DNA of 64,000 nucleotides from Fimbriosthenelais zetlandica (lineage: Eukaryota). Below the pieces are notes generated by a model. That model saw nothing but the letters and a program-made list of their open reading frames with translations, was not told the DNA's origin and did no database searches. This document shows, piece by piece, positions 37,369 to 50,441 of this stretch (within the stretch, counting starts at the first letter, position 1; the number at the start of each line of letters is the position of its first letter). Made by a program: the position numbers and the translations under genes. The stretch lies in contig OZ365109.1 of assembly GCA_977030845.1 (NCBI GenBank), positions 58,528,001-58,592,000 on the forward strand, in the 5' to 3' direction.

Positions 37369-37382
37369 TGAACCTTTGAACC
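37369..37382 (-). promoter_or_regulatory. Perfect nuclear-receptor DR2
   Basis: TGAACC-TT-TGAACC (minus strand GGTTCA-AA-GGTTCA). Confidence 0.25.
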
Positions 37383-40158
37383 TAGGAAAGAAACTTAAAT
37401 GGGGCAAAAATGCTTCATTCTCTAGATTGTGGTAATTATATACAAGAAGCAAGCACGCATATTTGTTCTGGTGCATGTCATGAACGCGAAATTAAAATTA
37501 AATTGGATGAAAGAGGTGAAATTGACCGCTCTAAAAATCTATTTGGCCGAGTAAAATTTTATGAAGGAAAATTGAATTCCACTCTATTACAGGAGCGTGT
37601 TTAATACTACTATTTCCCATTAGAGGTTATCACTCACTGGAAAGTTTTAATGCAACTTAAATACTTGGCAGTTGACAACATTTTGTAGACTTAGCCCCAA
37701 ATATAGGCATAATGGTTACCTCGGGATATAACTTCAGTTTTCACGAGAGCTTAATATGGACTTGACCATATAAGATCATCTTTTGAAGCCCTTCCTCTTT
37801 TTATAAGTGCCGAACAGCCATAACATGGGAAGATAAGATGATACTGATAAAATAGTTGTAAACTTTCATTACCACCGAGTCTTCAACCTGCCCCTCATGA
37901 AGCAGGTACCAAAAGCTGTCCTGAGGCTATAGATAAGAGAGCAGCATAGAGGACATAAAAAGGCTAAACAGATGGGTAGACAGCATTCACATGGGACAAG
38001 TGAGAGCTAAATGCTCAACTCCTGGCAGTTATGAGAGGGCAAAGAGAGGATGGGTGGCATTTTTCGAGGAGTATCCACCTCAACAGATGCTCCCCATTGT
38101 CTGCCTCTCAAAACAGGTCATGGAGGATGTCCTCGAGAGGTCATTTCAAGGGCAAAGATAACTTGTTGACTTTTTATCTCAGAGATCATTCACTTTTTTT
38201 GACAGTCGGGGATGGTGGATGATTGTGTTAGTTTTGATAGTGAATCCCACTGTAATCAAGTTCCTCCCCCTTGATGTAATGTTATTTAGTGATTAAGGGT
38301 GACAATGAGAGGATGGTGTAAGCCCATTGATTGTTTCATTTATCAACTCCAAGCCAAGTGTGATTTCATCTCACATCCATCAGACAGAATGATTTATTAT
38401 AGATTAACTATAACATGATACCTCTATGCTCAATCTGTTACTAGGGAACTAATATGGCACAAATTATCTATCAATGTTCCATACTGTGCACAATTACTTT
38501 TGAAACTTCTGGTAAAAGAACATGGCATGAAACCACAATTACTGGAACAAATAACTGTTGTGAGAAAATGTCTATATTAACACTATTTTTATATGTGATG
38601 CTTAAAGCAATTTATCCGAATTTAATGCAATAGATTCTATATAGAAAAAAAGACCCTAAGGACTCAATATTTTAATTCCCATAGGTGTGAGATGGTAATT
38701 GTAAATATATCAAATATGAATCATCTCCTACTTGACCTTGAAATCTCAGTCACAAGTTCACTATAAATTTACTTTTTAAGCTCCATATGCTGATAAAGTT
38801 TACAAAACAAAGCTCCTCCAAACTGCCTCGTGGAGTGGGGTTCTCACAGAGGGATAGGTTACCCCTTGGCAGGTGCTCCAACACTTCAATGAGGATGGTG
38901 TAATCGGACAATACAAACGGCGCCTGTCCCTGCATATAATTTATTCCCATCAAATCACACAGTGGAAGGGGTGGCTGTCTGGTGCCCAGTCAGAGGGACA
39001 GCTGATTTTGCACCTCATTTGCCACGCTTTCTGTGCGAAATTCATCCAATTGTTTCCACTGATGACACATTTCCACATAGGTAATTGAGGAGAATGGCTA
39101 TTGGTGGATCTCTTATGGCACCTTTGGGATGTAGCTATTGGTTGGGGCCAGTTGTTGTAAACCTTTAGACCCCTCCCAACACTTCTGTCAGAGCTACAGG
39201 CGGCAGATGGTTGCATGCACCACTTGACGAGTGGCTCTATTTTATGGGTGAAATAAATTCTAATTTGGCTCGCGCTTGGAACTGATTGTCTCGTGTAAAG
39301 ATGATATATACACCAATGCACTTCGGACTAAAGAACATTCTTCTTTTTAACACCAGATGAATTTCTGGCCCACTGACTGCTGGACAGGCCATGTTCAGCC
39401 CACTTTTTCACTTAATTAGAAAAGATGTTTGAAGGTAATGAAGTGGGGAAAACTAACGGTACTTAGCAGGGGAAAAGTGCTGATTGTTGGCGAATTAACA
39501 GCTGGTAAGCGAGGTGACTACCATCAGTCGGTCAAGTATTTATTTTTCTAAAGTTTAACTCGTGCGAATGGGACGTAAAACGAAAAGATCACAAGTTTCA
39601 TGAAAGTTCATAGAAAACAAACTGACAGTGTATAAAAAGGTTATGAATAAATTAAGCATATTATGAATGTTATATATAAGCGAAACATACAGTACTAGGA
39701 AATTCATCAGTTAATTATGTTATCAAGGCATTTTATATCAATTTCTATGGCTTCACATCTATGATCAAAGACTCTGACAAATTAAATAATCCATTCACAG
39801 GATGAGCCAGCTCGATTTGATGTCATTTAGCTTAGACCCGTCCCCCACAGATGTTGTGTAATGAACGAGTTAATGCATTGTCTCGATATGATTTATGCTC
39901 ATATTTAAGACATAAATCTCTTTAAATAATAGGATTTTGGCATATGTCGATGTCTTTGATGTGTTAAGGGCAGCAGGTGCCTATGAATTGATATGCAGTT
40001 CTTCCCTGACTGACCCTTTATAACTGTAGCCAGATGTACAGTCCAGCCGTGGGTTGGGTTGATGAGCAAGTATAATCCACCCCGACGTTAAGCTGCATCT
40101 GTAGATATGTTAATCCGATTGGAAGCTAATACATCAGCCCTGCAAATTTACATTTATA

Positions 40159-40174
40159 CCCACCCCACCCTCCC
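40159..40174 (-). other. Short-loop G-quadruplex motif on the minus strand
   Basis: CCC-A-CCCC-A-CCC-T-CCC on the plus strand. Confidence 0.5.
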
Positions 40175-40635
40175 TCGACCTCCAACTTGCCGAGGAATGT
40201 ATTTAAAATGAAATGAGCCACCAAACTTAATTATTTGTATCATGGGTTTTCTCCAGAATATAGATCTACTTGGGAAATTTCACTCCATAGTTGATTATTC
40301 TTAGCATGATAATTAGAAGGATCTTGGCGCATGCTGTTTAACAGTGATACACCTTTCAACTTTGAAATTATACTGATGATGGTTCAAAAGCGACAATTGC
40401 CAGATCCAGAAAACAATTTTATATAGGCCTGAGAGTTGAGCAAATATTATATTGTTTAAAAAAATTGATATCAACATTACTTGTTCTTGGTAAATGTTTT
40501 GAGAACATGGGTGATGTGCTATGAAGCGTCAGTAAGAGTCTTATCTGATGAACTCGCCACCAATGTCTCCCCCATCATCACTGCCTATGAATGGTCATAG
40601 CGATATGACCATCTAGAATTGTTTTTGTTTCACAA

Positions 40636-40649
40636 GTTACCATGGATAC
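40636..40649. promoter_or_regulatory. RFX X-box-like site
   Basis: GTTACCATGGATAC. Confidence 0.25.
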
Positions 40650-43559
40650 CTTGGGTACTCTACAAACTTGAAATCTGGAGCAATCTAAAGGCCCTTGTCG
40701 GATATTGCAATGCCTATCCTGAATGAGTGATTGACATTAGAGAATGGGGCTCAAAATAGATCTATTACCTTTGTCATAATGATTCCATTCATGATGGAAT
40801 AGAACTAAAACTTATAACCAAGGGATAATTTCAATTTATCCCCATTGTTTTAAGATAAATTCCACTTGGGGCACTTTGGGGAACTATCTGAGAAGGGATC
40901 GAATTCCCCCTAAAAAGATTGGGACATTAATCACTTTTTGGAACAAAAGATTAGCGCCAAGGATAAAGAAAGGTCAAATTTATCACATGTCTAAAATGAT
41001 GTCGCTAAACGAACGGAAGTTACCCTAAATTACCAAGCGCATCTCTGATTGGAACTGGGGTGGATCTCTAATGAGCAAATGCAGCCAGGTCTTTGAAGTT
41101 CTGATTTATCGAGGGGGCAGATTCACTCGGAGTGCCCCTTTGAAACGATTTCATGGAGAATATGATATTTGAAAGGGGTTTCCATTGTTTTTGAAGGCAG
41201 TACGCGCTTGTTCGGGGGAGATAATCAACTGGGGGTTGTGAAACATGATAGACCAAAGGAAGGAGATCAGGGTTGTGCAGTGCCCACTCATCAGACTTTA
41301 GGGTGAAGGGAGGGGCCTGATAGTTAGGCTAATCTCAGCTGTGAATGGACCTTTCACTTGCATTAGCGCCAGGAGGACTATTTTAATGAAGAAGTGATTT
41401 GAATTTTTGTGCCTATAATCAAGAGAGAGGATGGATGGGTCAATTTGTAGTTGTCACCAGCACCCGGAATCTGTATGTTAATTATGATAACATAATCCCT
41501 GCAAATCTTCTTTATTTTGAAAGCAATAGATAGCTTCGCAAGGATCAAATATCCCGAACGAACATAAAATTCACAATTGCATTGGAGCTGATAATTCCCT
41601 CATTAAACAAACTGCAGTAATGGATCCCTATCAATAGTCAGAGGCAAACTACATTAAGTCCCGAAACAAACTTGATTCATATACATGCTGTTAGGAAGGT
41701 AGCTCTGTGGAATAAATTGGACAACATTTGGACCATATTTTCTCACAGAGTTTCACTAAATGTTGACACCTTTAAAGCAGACTTAGGTGATAAATACTGG
41801 GCTCTGGGTCAGAGAAGGATCACTTAATCGATGGTAAAAGGACAGGTGGGTCTTTTTCATAGAGGCTGTTGTCAGATGTACCTCTATGAGCGCTTTACAA
41901 TTAGAAGGTTGATGAATGACAACACGAGGCAATAGACAGTGAAATGACCTGCATGCTCCTTCATAGATCATCCCCAGTGGATGAGTCTGAATGAGGTCTT
42001 TTTAATGTTTTTACTATGGTCGAAGTGTTCATTATAGGCCCTGGCAATGGTGTCAGGAAGGTGTATAGTGCCCTTAAAGCCACTATAAGCCCTCAGGTAC
42101 ATTGACGAGATGCCCTTTGTGTATGAGCCCCCAGAGAGGGCCTGGGATGGACCTACGAGAGTTGGGAGCCATTGTAGGTGTCGCAGGTCAATGAAGCAAG
42201 ATGATGGCTCCACCTTCATACCTGGTTCACCCCACCTATTAGGCACAAAGGCTAACAGGAAAATGATGGGAAGAACATAGAAGAGTATGACAAGACCCTT
42301 GGAGGTACTGACTCTCACCATTATGGCTATAAGCTACTCGATAAAAACATTGCCATGTATACATGTACTATGATGTTGGCATGGAAAAACTCAAGATTAA
42401 AAGTTAAGTAAGACAGAACATTTACACATGTCACTCACACACAAAAGTAATCATGTGCCTAGAAATCATTCAATTCAGTTAATGAGCAAAATCATCTTCA
42501 AGAATGCTGTGGTCAATGCCAATTATCAGCATATTTTGGGGTCAACACACAATAATCATTACGCTCCTTTGTATCCATGGATAATAATTCTCAAGTACAT
42601 TTGAACTTATCTATATTAAAGTGAACAAATCATTATTGCCCAGGTATATTGGCAAAATGAAAAATAAATTGTAAAATCTCCACGAAAAGGAAAAGGTTAG
42701 ATTTCATCCTATAGGCCTACATAAAGGTGAAAAAAGTGTTAGCAGAACGTTCCAAGCAAACACACAAGTTTCATTTCATGCCGTGTATTCGCGGTTTTGT
42801 CCCTGTAAACACAAAGCCCACCATGTCGCCTTTAATAACTATGCTGGTTATCTGTTGTCCCACAACAAAACAGAATGAAAACAATCCCTTCCATGGACCA
42901 CCCAATGTACAACACCTATTGAAGTCCGGAGAGGAGTCGCCTCGAAGGGCGCATCTGTGTTTTCATTGGTTTTGTCACTGCGAGACTAGAGGGACATTGA
43001 CGTGCTGGTTCTGTGACAAAAATCACCTGCCTTGGGGACCCCAGGGTTTCCTTTTTTGGCCGTTAAGGGGGCGCCAGCTAGGTCTGACGCCAGGATCATG
43101 CTGAGATGATCATCAGATGTCATCGTGGTGAGATTCGGGGGAGATGAAGGCTGAATGACCGAGCGGCGGCCAGAACAATTAGGACAGGTCTCAGACCTGC
43201 CTCCTATTCAACATTCTGGATATTAAATACCCGACCTAATCGCAATCAGCTGACACTGAAATCTTAATGTGTGTGGGAGCAGAAATACTGATTAACTTCT
43301 CTACATTAATCTAATGGGACGCCATTCAAAAGCCCATTTCGAATTTTTTTCCCATATTTTTCACTTACTGAATGTCTTTTAAATAGATTCTCACAAGCCT
43401 CAACCATTGTACGCCCAGAATGAAAACCCCTGGGGAAATATTCCCCAATAATCCTTGCATGGACGGACTGGACGATATGGTTTCAACAATATTGCGTCTG
43501 AGCATGAGACTGATCATGGTTTTCAAGGAAGACTACACATTTCCAACCCTGACTGCAGA

Positions 43560-43891
43560 GTTCAAATCCAGTTCTTCATTGTTGACGTTCAATCTCAATG
43601 AAAACTGCTCACGAGAACGCAGATTTCACCTTTCTTACCAAGGTCAATCTTGAGTGCTTGACTTGGCTTTAAACAGTATGTCATCAACATAAATGCAGAC
43701 CAACACCTTCACTATGACCCCCGTATCTCAGACCCGACTCTTTTTATCACAGTTTCTAGAGACCAAGTGGCAAACTGACAACACCACAAACTGAGGACAT
43801 GACAAAGAGTACAATATCTCAGGCCCTAAATCCCAATCAAAAGGATGTCAGGATCTTGGTCACTGGCATAGATCGAACACCAGTTTCCCTT
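43560..43891 (+). repeat. ~330-bp duplicated block, copy 1
   Basis: Direct copy at 46043-46354. 43731-43891 vs 46194-46354 is 160/161 identical; 43653-43715 vs 46114-46176 is 62/63 identical; the 5' ~90 bp is diverged with indels. Confidence 0.97.
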
Positions 43892-46042
43892 GCCATTCGT
43901 TCCCTTCATTTCGTTCACACTGGGGGGCGAGGAGCAGTGGACGTCAAGTTTTTGTGCAGGTAGATTTGCCACGGACATGGCTTCAGAATGAGATGGCTGC
44001 ATCTGTCATGAACCTGGGAGATGTGTGTATTGTTTGTGCGATGATGAATTTCATGGCCAACTGCGAGGTCCAAACATCATTCTGACTCTCACCGAGTTAG
44101 GGCCGCCCTGTCCTCTTGTAAAAGGAAATCCCATTATGAGACCTATTAACTCTAAAACTCGCTTTTCTTTAGCTTTTATAATGAGCTAACCTTTTCGGTG
44201 CAGTTCACTCGAGGGTAGGAGAGGCTATCCCACAATATCATTAATGGTTGTGGGAAAGGTTTTATTTCCATGATGGCTTGTGTAAAGCTCAATGACAAAG
44301 AGATTAAGGGGGTGTTGCCAGGCACGTAATGTATAATATAATATACATAGTCCAACAGAGCTAAGGAATTCATATTATGATTACATGTAGTTTCTTTTCT
44401 TATCTGAAACTTATTTCTGTGCTGCTATAATTATTATACTAAAATTCAGGTAATCGAATTCAAGCTTAAATGGGCTTAATTTGAGCTAAATTTTTAAAAA
44501 GGCGGGTTAAAATCATAAATTGATCATCAGAATACTTTGCAAATAAACAGTGGATATAGATCACTTGTTAATTTTTCTGAATTAACAAACTGATCGTCCA
44601 CGACAGTTTTGAGTAGCTGGGATATTATTCAGTTACATCAGAAATCCACATGCAGATCATACATTTGACAACTAATCCATGGAATGGACTTGCTGGATCC
44701 TTGAGAGGTGCGTGATTGTTGGGGATGCCTTGGCAGCGAGCGTGAAGCTGTCTCTGTGACTCACCTGGCTTACTCACGCCCAGGTGGGTTAGATGGCATC
44801 TACTACATTCTCCACTCAGCGATTCTTATGAATCTCACTGATGAAATGCTGTGTGATGAGTCAGTAGATGGATTATATTATACCTGTGGATTTAAAAGCT
44901 TACCTCCATTAATACTTGACAAATTAAGCAATAATGCAAGGAAATGCAAGCTCACCACCGATGCATGCATGATTGCAATACTTCGCGTTTCTCGGTTTGC
45001 ACACGATGCATCTATTAATTTGTAAAAGCTAAAAGACGCTTACTATCAGGGAATATTAATTTCATTGAAGTATTTATAAAAGTCAATAAGGATTTTATTT
45101 ACTATGTATAATATCTTCAAAGAAACCGTCATGAAGATGCCGTCATGAAGAAAGTCAGTATTGATCAGTGTTACCTCAGATTGGAACCAAATATGGTATA
45201 GGAGGAGTTGGCAAATGAAATTATCAAGGTCCAATCTGATTTTGGAAAGTCTATCAAGTAAAGTTTCTTTTAAAAATTAGCCAATTTAGAAAAAAATAGT
45301 GATCAGTATTTTATTCCCTAGCTCGCGTCAGCCCGGGTGCTTTATCTAAGTTGATCATCCACCTATTGTTATGCGCCTTTCCCTCCTTTGTCAGCTTTTC
45401 CCACTGACTCTAGCCTTCATTAGCCAGTTCGCCTGATGCTTCTCTCAGCCTCTCTTCCTAAGCTGTCAGTTTTAATACAACAACTCTCATCAACCCCAGG
45501 CCCTTGATGCAAATTAATTAACAGATTTGCCCCAAGATACAAGTTGGGTTTGAGCCCTAACTCCCTCCTCCCCATCTTGTCCATTGTCTTGGATTTTCAC
45601 AGAACCTCCAGAAGGAGGGATTTTTTTTCTGTGAGGACTTCATTTGATTAATCTATAATGATGCACTGAAGATGCACATCACACAATGAAAAAAAGAACT
45701 GTTTTATCCCTTTTGGCGCCAAGGAGTATGGCAAGCGTTCCAGGTTAATTGGGGATAATATGCAGAACTGATATCTCAGTTTCACGTTAGAGAGCCTTCA
45801 TCTTAATGTATAATGAACCGGGCCTTTCTGTTCATTTAAGTTCTTTCTGATGTCTAATAATTCTATTATAATTATCAAGGTATATAATATGATATAATAT
45901 GTATCAGATGTTGATCATTTATTGGATATAGTTATGTACCACATGTGGGCCTACACACTCAGGTATCTGTATGTGCATAAAAGATGGGGAATGATTATGA
46001 TATTTCCCGAAAAAGTATCTTTTTGGAGACAACGAGTCGTCA

Positions 46043-46354
46043 GTTCAAAATCCAATTCTTCATTGTTGAACTTCAAACTCAATGAAAGCTGGTTTCACTT
46101 TTGTAAACAAGGTAGTGCTTGACTTGGCTTTAAACAGTATGTCATCAACAAAAATGCAGACCAACACCTTCACTATACCCTATATATACCTCGGACCCGA
46201 CTCTTTTTATCACAGTTTCTAGAGACCAAGTGGCAAACTGACAACACCACAAACTGAGGACATGACAAAGAGTACAATATCTCAGGCCCTAAATCCCCAT
46301 CAAAAGGATGTCAGGATCTTGGTCACTGGCATAGATCGAACACCAGTTTCCCTT
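46043..46354 (+). repeat. ~310-bp duplicated block, copy 2
   Basis: Direct copy of 43560-43891, offset about 2.46 kb. Confidence 0.97.
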
Positions 46355-49216
46355 CCCTGGTTACACTCCTGATGCTGGATCTTATTATTCTATACCTAGC
46401 CAAGCTAGCATAGTTATGAAGTTTATGCATGATACAATGTAGAAGCCGGTACGACAAGGAAAGCCCTCATTGTCGTTGACCTGAAATCCAGGCTGGCGAT
46501 ATTAAGGCCCTTCTAATTAGATCCGGCAAACCACATGATACCTGTAACTCGATCCCTGACATGATCATAAACCTCACCGCATGCCGGACCAGATCCACTT
46601 TGTCCCTCTCTTCATAGTGGGGACGTAAGAGGATCAATCTGCCCATCTGGTGTGTGGTCAGAATCACTGAGGATCAAGGCAAAGACGAGCAACTCTTCTC
46701 AGGAGCTTCCCCTAGTGCTCAATGAATCATAATGTTTAGTGTTATGGTTCTATGTAAATGGCTTGGTTCTTATGTAAGAAATGAGTCACAGTGGGCAGGA
46801 ATTAATGGAAATTCAATTAAACTGTTCAGACTTCATATTTAAAAAAATAAAATCATCTTACTATTCCTAGAGATTTTTGCGTGGATATAAAATTGAAATG
46901 GAGCATTTTAAACACCGAAAAAAACTATTATTTGTTTCACAACCCAAGAATCTGAGGTTCAACAAAAGGTTCTCCTGCGATATGTGGATTAACAGATGAA
47001 CTTAAAGTTAAACAATTAGGCCAGCAATATATCCTCACTGTTTAACAATTTTGTTTCCAAAGATAGAACGTACATAAGACCCTCCGAGTTAAATATTCAA
47101 CAAATAAATCAAATGAAAAAGAGTCCTTTTGTTGTAAAATGAGTTGGATTTCTAAAGGGATTATCAAAGGTCATTCTTATCACTGGTCACTGATCACAGA
47201 TGACAGTGGGACTCCTATTACTCGACCAGTAGGCCCGCCTTTGGGGTTTACCAGATCATCCCCCCTACCTCACAGGTGTTTCTTGGAAACCCTAAGGGAC
47301 CTCCATGCACCCCACAACACCCTCAGCCCTGCCATTGGGCTTCAGGGGGGTCACTCCCTGCTACTCCCATTGTGCTCCAGCCTCGTGTCAGGGGACCTGC
47401 TTCATTCAGTTAAAGTGTGCCCGCCCCAACCCCTCCCATGGGGATTTTGACAGAAACTAAAGGTTGCAAGGGAGTATGACACACTTCAGCCTTTGGCCTT
47501 GGGCAGAGTGGCATGGGCAGGCAGCATGCAGGAATGAAAAACAGAAAATGACAGCTGTAAATTAAAGACCTTGGCACAAGGAGATATCTGTTTAAAATGT
47601 GTTTCTTTTTTATATGGAAATAATTGGATTGAAATAGGGGTTTAAAGCTATTTAAAAAGTTCATGCAACCGAAAAAGACAAATTATTGGTTTCGAATATC
47701 ATCTGAAAAGCAATCCTTTACCAGGAAAGAGCTTTGGTAATTATAATAGACTAAAATTGTGGACATTGATGAAGGTGCTGTAATAGAAAGAACCTACACA
47801 TCTGTCACTGACTTGCACGCTCACTTCTTGAGAAGCTGAAAATGTTGGACATAGTCCATAAGTTTGATGCTTGACTACGTCTAATCATTGACGATTATCA
47901 GTACACCTGCCTGTTTATGACAAACTAAACGCTTTCCCATCAATTTTCCATCCAGTAGTTAGTAGCAAAATATATATAAGTATACATGGAGTTTCTAATT
48001 ATATTTTTTAAATCCAGCGCAATTATTTGCAATATCATATATCGATGAATCAATGCAGTTAATTATCTGAAAATTGGAAATGGGGTGGGTTAAGAGCAAT
48101 GAAATAACTCTCGACCAATTATTACAACTGATATAACAGTATTGAACTAGAATAGGATTGGATCCAAAGTGCAGAATACAAACTGCATTAATATACTGGA
48201 CAAGACAAGTCTGTTAATTAATTACAGTCGGCCTATCATGTGGTCAGTGTGCCTGTGATTGGGCAATAGATAACCCTGTACATTGTTTCATAGATCACTT
48301 CTAAATTGATCCCAGTACAGTTCCGAAGGCAAGTTGTGGTTGACTCTTCGTGGTGTTTCTGATTGCCCAGTTTGGTCAGCGCCGGATGGTCCCCACCATT
48401 GTTACTAACAGAGATAGATGACCGTCCTAATCTGAGGATTAGCATGCGGACAGGCCAGATTAAAGGTAAACCAAGACAAACAAGACTCCACGGTCCAGCC
48501 TCAAGCCCTGCTTCATTGGATTCATGTCCAGTGCTTGGGAAACAAGGGATGTCACCTCTCGCCTGCTTCCAGTGGCGAATCATGCAAAAAAGGGGAAAGA
48601 CAAACAAGGGGGGATCTAGTTTGGTAGCCATTCGTCAATATTGTGCAAATAGTGGGAAGTGGGGTAGGGCTTGTGGGAGTCACGCTTTGGCCTGATTGTC
48701 AGCATATGAACTGTTGTTCTCTCATAGAGGAGCCTCATTAGTGAAGGCTTGAGTGGACATTGTCATGGATCTACAGTTATTCCTTCCCACTCCAACAAGC
48801 AGTGGAGGTCATGTATACCAGACTCCCAATAAGCTCAGTATTGTTAACGATCTTCTTCAGATGAGCCTCCCGACTTGGCTATGTGGGTTCCGAAAGCATG
48901 CTCCCAACATTGTGTTCTAATGTTGTATAAATTGTTCTTTAAGCAAGGGTGGTTGTATTCCTGCACAGATAATGTCATACAAACTTGTGATTTGTGCTCC
49001 CCAAATGAATTCTCATGGGTTAACGGTTTCCAAAGCATTCAGTACAAACATATTTTCCGGTTGGCTTAAAACTTTCATTTGAGATTAGGCCTGTACATGT
49101 ACATGATTGACATGTGTACATGTAGTGTAAACATATACTTTTGGAGACAATATATATTCAAAACCAAGAAATAGCCCAACTACATGGACGGGGAAGCATG
49201 AAATAGCTAGGCCTCT

Positions 49217-49238
49217 GTGCCAGCATGGGTTTTGCTCT
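49217..49238 (+). repeat. 22-bp dispersed repeat, copy A
   Basis: GTGCCAGCATGG(G/C)TTTTGCTCT also occurs at 63852-63873 (21/22). Confidence 0.6.
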
Positions 49239-49384
49239 GCACGTTTATGAATTCTCTATTTTTCCCTCTGTTTGGTATAAAACAAAGCTATTGGCGAAAC
49301 AACAGAGTCGGTAGGTCTAAGCTTATAACAAAGAGCATGAAACGGACCAGAGTGAAGCTAGAGGGATGGTCAGCAGAATGAGAA

Positions 49385-49401
49385 TGACCCAGACATGACC
49401 T
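49385..49401 (-). promoter_or_regulatory. Perfect DR5 (canonical RARE geometry)
   Basis: TGACCC-AGACA-TGACCT; the minus strand AGGTCA-TGTCT-GGGTCA matches RGKTCA-n5-RGKTCA exactly. Confidence 0.4.
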
Positions 49402-50353
49402 TGTCAAGCTCAGGGACGTCAGTTTGAGCATGACGTTAGGTTGACTTTGACATGACGCCATGTGCAGGTTAACATGGACAGACATTGCGCGGAAGTTAAT
49501 CCCTTAACTTGATAGCGATTTATTGACATTCCTCTGAAACTGTCCACATGGCGAATAAATTCTCAACCCATGTACCTGAATACCATATCACAGCACCCAG
49601 GTGCATGGCTATATTTAAACCCTTGTTTCTAAAAAGTAATATGAATAGTCCACTCTTATTATCCTTTATTTACACTGATAATTTTTATTATGGAAACCTT
49701 AATGTGAACATGACATTGTCCTTTTAGTAGTATAAACCCCTATTTTACCAGCAATTTGAACCATCTTCATGACGAGTAGAAATCTGACCAAAAGTTAAAA
49801 ACGTTATCATATGACCAGTTTTGTCCTAAGTTGATCAATAAATATGCGCAAAAGACTCAAATATCCCGTACATAACATGGAAACCATAGAGGATAAAATG
49901 TTCTGTATGGGTTCTAAATGGGGCTGATTCATTCTCAGTGTTGTGTACCATCCATAACACACTATAATAGTAAACAGCCTAATGTTATCCGATAGTTAAG
50001 AATTTCTGTCAGGATGGGCATGAACGCTGCCTATTATGCTCATCACCCTGGCAACTTGTGTTTGCAAAACGATCTCCAGTGATAACCGAGGGATCTGTGC
50101 AGCATACCAAACGAGGCATGGGTTTCGTTTTTCATTCAGTTACGCCACTTAAAATATTCTTTGACGGTTCACTCATAAGGGGACACCCTAATATTATATC
50201 AAAAAGTATAAGACAATCTGGGATCAGAAAGATTGTTTTTAACGTAGACCTGAGTAGCATTGAAAGTAACGTGTTATACTAGGAGTTGTTGCTTTTAGGT
50301 TTTTTAAAACGGGTTGTATATTTTAGAAAAACATTACCGTCTTAAGTCGAGAC

Positions 50354-50441
50354 CCTGTTTTAGAACATCCCTTATAGCAATGCCAAGTCATTGCGCTGAA
50401 ACGGGCCACAAATTAAATTTGCGAAGTAGCCTACTCTGACA
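50354..50441 (+). repeat. Old dispersed repeat fragment, copy B (probably inside a larger decayed non-autonomous element)
   Basis: 17-mer at 50391-50407 plus collinear flanks shared with 34969-35036. Confidence 0.65.

Noticed and set aside
38138-38154. DR5-like AGGTCA-TTTCA-AGGGCA
   Set aside because: One half-site mismatches the consensus, and such hits are common by chance, so it is not counted among the perfect DRs.
41330-41341. 12-nt identity to the 5' end of miR-216 (TAATCTCAGCTG)
   Set aside because: The remainder differs, and the local hairpin is only about 40 nt with a large internal mismatch.
42093-42280. Plus-strand frame LRYIDEMPF... resembling RT RYIDD
   Set aside because: The second catalytic Asp is absent, there is a stop just upstream, and no other RT motifs are present.
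45181-45192. IWFQ on the minus strand resembling homeodomain helix 3
   Set aside because: It is followed by SEV rather than NRR, and helices 1 and 2 are absent.
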